Assembly (NCBI GenBank): GCA_049724395.1
Contig: JAUGWO010000147.1
Span: 1 to 40,982 of the forward strand
Reading direction: 5' to 3'
DNA length: 40,982 nucleotides
Source: Spongospora subterranea f. sp. subterranea
Taxonomy: Eukaryota
Shown: one piece after another, positions 34,569 to 40,982 of the stretch
How positions within the stretch are numbered: position 1 is the stretch's first letter
Layout: each line of letters begins with the position of its first letter
Made by a program: the position numbers and the translations under genes
The notes under the pieces: generated by a model
The model's database searches: none
What the model was told of the DNA's origin: nothing
The model's input: only the letters and a program-made list of their open reading frames with translations

Positions 34569-34733
34569 AGCGTTCACATTATTCCATTTCTCATCTGAGC
34601 CGCTACAAACTCTTCTCAAAAACCAGCTACTCCAGTTCCTAATTCGGCTTTCACTGGAATGTCCTTCTCCGCAACGCTCAAGGATGGCATGCACTCGGGT
34701 TTGAAATGATACGACAGCCCCGTCGTCCATCCC
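34445..34733. repeat. Diverged inverted repeat; arms 34445-34517 and 34661-34733
   Basis: Plus strand GWTTGLSYPLKGECMPFLSVEEKD vs minus strand GWTTGLSYHFKPECMPSLSVAEKD, roughly 80% nt identity by eye. Confidence 0.92.
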
Positions 34734-34842
34734 GCTTCCACGACATCATCGATCGTAGTCTGTCGTAGTACTCCTAAGACTGGGTAGATATAGCACAGAC
34801 TACTACCGGAACTATACTGTACAAAGCACACAGACCGTCCAA

Positions 34843-35479
34843 CGTTGATGCTAACACATCAACATTAGTTTGGATAAATGGTGCTGGATCCCATCTTCGC
34901 TCGTGTTATTCCGGTGATAGCGATACCACTCGGTGGCGGCGACAAAAAGAGCGTCAAGCTCGTATCAACTCAGTCGCAAACGTCCCTAAATTCCGCCCAT
35001 TTTCTGATAGTTCTACCGTGCCAGGTAGCACTTAAACTTGGAAATACAATTGCTGCCGATTCGGACGATGCTTTTGTTCTCGAGAGTCCTTGAACAAGTC
35101 CTATAGAGTATTTCTCGATGCTTTGATACCTAAGGAGATCATATTTGGTCACGTGGGCGAGCCGCTTTTCGTCTTTGATGTTCTTCGCCACTGATGTGAT
35201 GCGGCGGGATAACAGTTGTAATGCGGTTGGTATGTCTATGAAAGTTTCGTCCACTGCTTCCGGAGATTCCGCTTAAAAAACTTCGGCGACAATTTCAGCT
35301 GTTGCACTTCTCAGTTTGAACCAATTGGTAATTTTAGGGACGTTTGGACTGAGTTGATACGAGCTTGAGGCTCTTTTTGTCCCCGCCACCGAGTGGTATC
35401 GCTATCACCGGAATAACACGAGCGAAGATGGGATCCAGCACCATTTATCCAAACTAACGTTGATGTGTTAGCATCAACG
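34843..35479. repeat. Inverted repeat; arms about 34843-34990 and 35333-35479, spacer about 340 bp
   Basis: cgttgatgctaacacatcaac..cgtccctaaa matches tttagggacg..gttgatgtgttagcatcaacg, with about 4 differences. Confidence 0.96.
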
Positions 35480-36160
35480 GCTACGTCATCGTCATCATCG
35501 CAAATGACGTAGCTTTCGTTGTCAGACGACTAACTACCTTCAAGACATACTTCCTCATCGTCAATAGTCGCAGGGATGCGTTTTAGATTCTGGATATTTC
35601 TAGCTTTGGTTAGCTGCTCCATCGAGAGTTCTTGGGAGCCATTGTCAGCAGTTTGATGATTTTCAAGTTTTGAGTCCGGACGGCGCAGTAAAATTTGCGA
35701 TTTTTCGGGGTCATAATTTGCGCCACGGTGTGTAAGAATTGCGGCAATATGTTTGCGTACGCACTTTATGAGCATTTTGATTTTCCACCATATAGTTGCC
35801 GTCGACCCAATCACTTGATTATTCCATTTTTGACAGAAATATGCCACAATCATCGAAACAAAAACGGCACGTCAAACGATGTCGACAACACAGGAACACG
35901 ATTGTAGTTTCTCTATCCCCAACGGACGAAGCAGATGATTCGTATCCGCATCTCGAAGACGATAGTGTTGATATGTCAAACAACGATTACTTATTGAACA
36001 GTGTGGATGACAAGATGATTAAAGAACAGATCTAAAACGCACGATTTGGTTTGATCAGGATAACCGACCAATTCGACCCAAAGGTGAAGGGAGGAGCGTT
36101 ATGGTGTCGGAGTTCATCTGTGAATGTCATGGACCGATTAAACTGACAGGCAATGATCAA
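34970..36160. mobile_element. Scrambled remnants of a Tc1/mariner-IS630-like DNA transposase in both orientations
   Basis: Minus strand LLRYQSIEKY..KASSESAAIVF..HGRTIRKWAEF (34970-35254). Plus strand WFDQDNRPIRPKGEGRSVMVSEFICECHG (about 36045-36135), a KGxGxSxMVSxF motif I associate with this class. Confidence 0.55.
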
Positions 36161-36522
36161 GCAGAAATTCCCTGGTTCCTACTGAAACTGTGGACTCCGA
36201 CACCATAACGCTCCTCCTTCACCTTTGGGTCGAATTGGTCGGTTATCCTGATCAAACCAAATCGTGCGTTTTAGATCTGTTCTTTAATTATTTTGTCATC
36301 CTCACTGTTCAATAAGTAATCGTTGTCTGACATATCAACACTATCGTCTTCGAGATGCGGATACGAATCATCTGCTTCGTCCGTTGGGGATAGAGAAACT
36401 ACAATCGTGTTCCTGTGTTGTCGACATCGTTTGACGTGCCGTTTTTGTTTCGATGATTGTGGCATATTTCTGTCAAAACAACACAGGGATGGAATAATCA
36501 AGTGATTGGGTCGACAGCAACT
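35794..36522. repeat. Inverted repeat; arms 35794-36113 and 36194-36522, 80-bp spacer
   Basis: Mirror ORFs 35796+ and 36271- (MPQSSKQKRHVKRCRQH..). A few substitutions and one indel of about 10 nt. Confidence 0.97.
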
Positions 36523-38010
36523 TACCCCGGAGGACTGACGCAGTTCACAATAATTGCGACGCAAATACTATTATGCGTGACAGACGCTACAAATATTGAG
36601 AACAGGGTTGCGCTCATTTTTTGAAGTGATTATTGTTTTTCCCTGCCAAGTTTCAAAAAGGTTCTCTACCACTTAGTATTCGACCTTAGATAACTCAGTC
36701 AATAATAGCTCAATAAAAAATCTAACTCTATTTATATTTGCTTCTCGACTCGATTTACCCGAAAATAGAGCTGCTTTTCATTTTGCATTGATGTGTCTTT
36801 GGCCATTACAAAACTCCGCGAGCCCCATACAAACAGTGTCGAGTTAAGGTGTCCCGTACTGTACTTCAGCAATAAAGATCTAGATTTGGGGAATTTTGTA
36901 AATTACGCGTTATTTTTTTCTTTTGCACACTTTATAGATGCAGTAGTCGCCGTGAACTGGACTATACACATGGAAGAAACCTCCTCTCGCATTTTGTCTC
37001 GCACTTTGAACTGCGCAATAGCGCACTTGTATTTGCGCAGCAATCACACACACGGTGACAAGTGTATCAATGTGCGCGCTCTAAATGCTGTCAACCTGCG
37101 GATTCCGTGAGTTCCTTCATCGCTTGCATGCCCCTCTACACATACCTACAGGAGTCGAAAAAATCTTGTGAACCTGCAGCAACGCGATTCGGCCATCGCA
37201 AAATCAGTACGGTCAGCATTAGAGAGTTTGATTTGTTTTCTCTCCCTTCTCTCCACGATAATTTCTCCTGTCACGAGAGTGTAGCGTCAGAGGATTATGA
37301 CAATTGTTGTAATTTCTGAGCTAGATGACTGGGTTTTCCAAATCAATGAAACTGTAGCATCAAGTGTTCTAAAATGGTCTCCTGGTGCAGATGCGCATTT
37401 GAACAAGTCTCACACAGGTGATGGGGGAGTTAGCGCTGATTCTCTTTCGGGTGCTTCATCCTAATTCCAAGTTTCGCTTTCGATAAAATCATCGAGCTAT
37501 GCCGCCTGTTGGGCTTGCTGCTTCAAGGTTAAATCTGTCCGATGGTGGAAAAAATGTAGGTCAGGATTGTATATGTTTCCGGTGGAGAAGGGATTACTCA
37601 AGACATGCACTTTACCAGTGAGTCTGGTCATGCGATTAATGACCTTGGGTCCAAAAAAGAATTCGTCAAATTCTTACCGAAAGGTGCAAAAGCGGTTTGA
37701 AAACTACAAAACACGGACGGTTTTCGAAGAGGATATAGTGTGTGACCAATGGTAATTTGATGCGATCCCAGATATTGTCGAGAACATCCCATGCGAGGGA
37801 TAGTCCAGGTTTGGCCCACTTCTGGGATGATCCTGAACGATGCGCGTTTACTGTTTTCGAACCAACCCGATTTCTCGTCGCGACAAGAATTTTAATGTAG
37901 ATTTCAGATCGTTATGGCCGATCATTTGGCCATAACTGACCGTAAATCATCGAATTTGTTGGACTCAAATGTATTTCAGTGGAGTAATCATCTGTCGAAG
38001 ATGATAAGGA

Positions 38011-38351
38011 CCGGGATTTTATCACTATAATGACCTACAAAATCAAGGCAGAGCAGTTTTCGACCCAGCTGCTGTCAATCTGAAGCATAATTCTAAGAAT
38101 TGATATCTCTCAATGATCGGACATGTCAGCACGAGCATTGTGGCGCCCATTCAAACAAATGATCCCTGGATTCTATCACTTCGATCATGGGACAGGTCAG
38201 CACGAACATTAGGCGCGCATTTGAATATTGTTTGTTGATTTATTTCTTGACATAGGCCAAATAGATTGAATATAGGCTTCAAATTGATAGCAGCTGGATC
38301 GAAAACTGCTCTTCCTTGATTTTGTAGGTCATTATCGTGATAAAATCCCGG
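38011..38351. repeat. Inverted repeat; arms 38011-38086 and 38277-38351, spacer about 190 bp containing an imperfect direct repeat
   Basis: ccgggattttatcactataatgacctacaaaatcaagg.. matches ..ccttgattttgtaggtcattatcgtgataaaatcccgg. Spacer segments about 38114-38152 and 38184-38222 are similar (ggaca.gtcagcacga.catt). Confidence 0.93.
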
Positions 38352-38829
38352 CATCATCTCTTGAGATTCACGGCGGATGTGTGCATCAAGTGTGAATCCT
38401 GTCATAGTAGTAGCGGAAATTTCTTGCCATCAAACGCCATTATTCATTGAAAACATATAATGTGCCCGGGCAAAAAATGGTCGTGCTATCAACGCAGGTA
38501 ACGTCGTTGCAAGGTATGAAACCTTATTTTCGATTTGCATAGTGTTTTGATCCATGTCGTATCAGTATTGATATCAGAGGCACTATCGAACCCGGGTCTC
38601 AATTCGAGGCTTTTGAGCAATTAGAGGCCGAAGTCCGGCGTTTCGCCCAACAACGAGGATTCAATTGCGGCAAATCCACAAAGCCGCTGTGAACTGCGTT
38701 GGCGCCATCTGCTCTGCACAAAAATATTTTCAGAAATCTATCCTCCCTTGTCACCGTGGTAAGCCATGATTTCTGAGTTGAGTGGGTGAAGAGCGTCGGC
38801 GAGGCGAGACAGACGTTCTCTGTAGCTGT

Positions 38830-39000
38830 ACGCGAACAGAAGAGGGCCGAGAGTGGATCACCCTGGCGGGCACCTGGCGAAAATGAGAGTTTGTGAACGA
38901 CTTGACCATCAGCATTGCGAGTGAGGAGCATGGAAGGGGCACCATTGTGCAAACTTGAGGATACATCAACGTTCGCCGCGCAGAGTTGCGCCAACGGCAA
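38830..39000 (-). mobile_element. Non-LTR retrotransposon reverse transcriptase fragment (possibly CRE/SLACS-like)
   Basis: GAPSMLL..SPGARQGDPLSALF matches the LINE RT GxRQGDPLS motif. Confidence 0.75.
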
Positions 39001-39027
39001 TCACCTCTTGGTCTCATTAGAATTGTC

Positions 39028-39432
39028 AACGGTTTCAAACCGGTCAAGGCTCAAACCGGTTTGACAGAAAATGCCCAACTGATTGAAACCGGTTGGAGCC
39101 GGTTTTCAAACCGACTTAAACCGGTTCGATAGTTGCGGAGATGTGATTGATTCTTTGCAGGGAATAAAATGTGCCATTTCTGACAAACGATCAACCACGA
39201 CGAGAAATCTGGTTTGGAACCGGTTTCAAATCGGTTTAGAGGTTCCACTCGAAGTTAGAGAGACATCAAATGCAGGATTTATCCAATCTGGAAACAATTC
39301 TGCGTCTTTTGGTCAAACCGGTTTCAAACCGGTTTAATTCGGTTTTGGCAAAACCGCAAACTGATCGAACCGGTTTATGTACCGGTTTGAATCAGTTTGC
39401 ACCCGGTTGTGATCAACCCGTTGCCATCCCTA
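39028..39432 (-). mobile_element. hAT-type transposon end: TIR TAGGGATGGCAACGGG plus subterminal (A)AACCGGTT(T) repeats
   Basis: cccgttgccatcccta ends at 39432 (compare the Ac TIR TAGGGATGAAA). More than 10 AACCGG/CCGGTT motifs lie in the adjacent 400 bp. Confidence 0.75.
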
Positions 39433-39729
39433 GGTGTCATTTTGTGTGATCATGGTTGGTAAGCGTACGCAGGAGGAGTGTCTCATAGACTTGAAGCAGA
39501 GAATCTGGAAATGGGGATTTGACAATAATGACCTCGCTACGATTGAGAAATCTAACACAACATCTTCTTCGCCTTGGATGCCATCAATCTATATCTTGAA
39601 TGCATGGCCGGAGTGTTCTGTTATCCGTCGATGGCGCGATCAGTTGTAACCAATGCCATCCCAAGAATTCAAAGAAGAAGTAAATATGCATTTTGAATCA
39701 GTTTCCGTTTTTCATATTATACTTTGCAG

Positions 39730-40982
39730 GGTACCTCTTTCTGTATTCTCTCCTTCGCCCATCATTGCAGCTTTGCCCGCCAACAGCTCGCAAAGGGTGG
39801 TAACAACAATGTTGTAGACGTTGAGATGCCCGGAAAAGACATCGATGATTCTGTGAAGGCCTCTGCCCATGATTCTATTGCAGGCACTCGGAAACGCGCT
39901 TTACAGCCTGTAGTAACAATCTCAAGGCGCGTTGCTGTCACGAAATGGATGATCGAAGAGGCGTCCTGGAATGGCGAGATTCACATTTGTTCCAAGGCGG
40001 TTAAGAGTTTTCCGCTCGACTTCCGATCATCCTCGAACGTATGTAGCTCATTCAGTTTTGAAGACAACATTATTGTTGATTCTTTTTCCTGTTCAGGCAA
40101 ACCTTACGAAGGCGGGACGATGGTGGAAAGACCGAGAAAATGTTGAAGCCCTCGCAGACATGAACCAGAAGTCAGTTTCTCGGGCTGGCGATGGCGTCCG
40201 GAAGGTTGTGCGCCTCAAAGCGATCACTGGTCGTGGGCGTTCTCGCGCTGCCTGGGTTCAGCAACTCTATGAAATGACAGTTGATGAATTTCGTCGTCTA
40301 AAAGCAGCTGGACTAAAGTTCAGTCCCTCATTGCTGGGAGTTGTAGCCAGGGATTTGATTACCACGACACCGGTCTTCGGGGTAGGATTTCGGGATCCAT
40401 TCGATTCGCAACCCATTATCCCCCAAATTTTCTCTATTCGCTGAATTCAGCAACTTTTGGCGAGTTGTTCGCTTTCAATACCTACACCTCGTCGGATTTG
40501 ATTGTTCCCCGTAGGAAGTTAATAATTTCGTCTGCAGAAAACAGACGGGGAACTATAGTCGGTGAGCCCGGCCAAACTGGAATAGATTGAGAATCTGTGG
40601 CATTCCATATGGGTGTCGTAAAACGTGGATTTCAGTCAAAAGAGTTCGGCGAAAATCTACAGAAAAATGGCGACGAAACGCACTTTATCGTCAACATTGA
40701 TAACGGTCGTACATTTGGATTTCGAGGAGACGAACAGGTCAAGTACCACCGATGTCGTATCGGAGGAGAGGGAATGACGATGATGGTTCATCTAACTGGA
40801 GGTCCCAGGAGGCGCATTCTGCCTCCGATGATGATCTTCGTCAATGCTATCCGATCCAGGGTCTGTCCGACGACATTACCGGTGCTTCTTATCGGTCCGG
40901 TCCCAAGGCTGGAACGATCGCACGGTCTGTTGAAGCACGGTTTATTGGAAATGAGAATTCAGTCTTATTATTTTTCAATAGG
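39730..40982 (+). pseudogene. Decayed intron-containing pogo-like (DDE_1) transposase
   Basis: GRGRSRAAWV..DEFRRLKAAGLKFS, then NGDETHFIVNIDNGRTFGFRGDEQVKY..VSGGEGMTMMV..GG..PPMMIF..YRSGPK. Stops and frameshifts are present, with an intron gtatgt..ttcag at about 40039-40096. Confidence 0.8.

Noticed and set aside
36600..37990. Short ORFs and possible TE relics
   Set aside because: No identifiable motifs or repeat structure by eye.
39028..39420. CRISPR-like array
   Set aside because: The repeats are 6-10 bp and irregularly spaced, there are no cas genes, and the context is eukaryotic.

Overview
Eukaryotic genomic DNA with compact genes and mostly 50-70 nt GT-AG introns. The gene set, short introns and decayed ankyrin arrays would fit a protist such as a plasmodiophorid, but that is a tentative inference. 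Two gene-dense blocks are present. The first (about 8.1-16.8 kb) holds an EF-hand/histidine acid phosphatase, an RPEL+RCC1 protein, CCT4 and a sphingomyelin/IPC-synthase-like gene. The second (about 21.7-32.4 kb) holds an SBF-like transporter, FHIT, a secreted C-type-lectin-like protein, two head-to-head membrane-anchored subtilisins and Pelota. Transposon graveyards surround and separate them (MULE, Ty3/gypsy, Penelope-like, non-LTR RT, Tc1/mariner and pogo, hAT end), along with a decayed ankyrin array. Four observations stand out. (1) A decayed Mutator-like transposase carries an AT-hook, a USP/papain-like region and a PARP-type-like Zn finger in one ancestral ORF, and its tail recurs about five times. 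(2) Short-spacer fold-back inverted duplications are unusually dense and span a range of ages, from about 80% to about 99% identity, including a 1.2-kb palindrome duplicating a transporter gene. (3) A sharply bounded GATC-rich island covers two genes. (4) Several domain architectures are unusual: RPEL-RCC1, EF-hand-acid phosphatase and a split C-type lectin. All calls were made by eye from motifs, with no database searches run.
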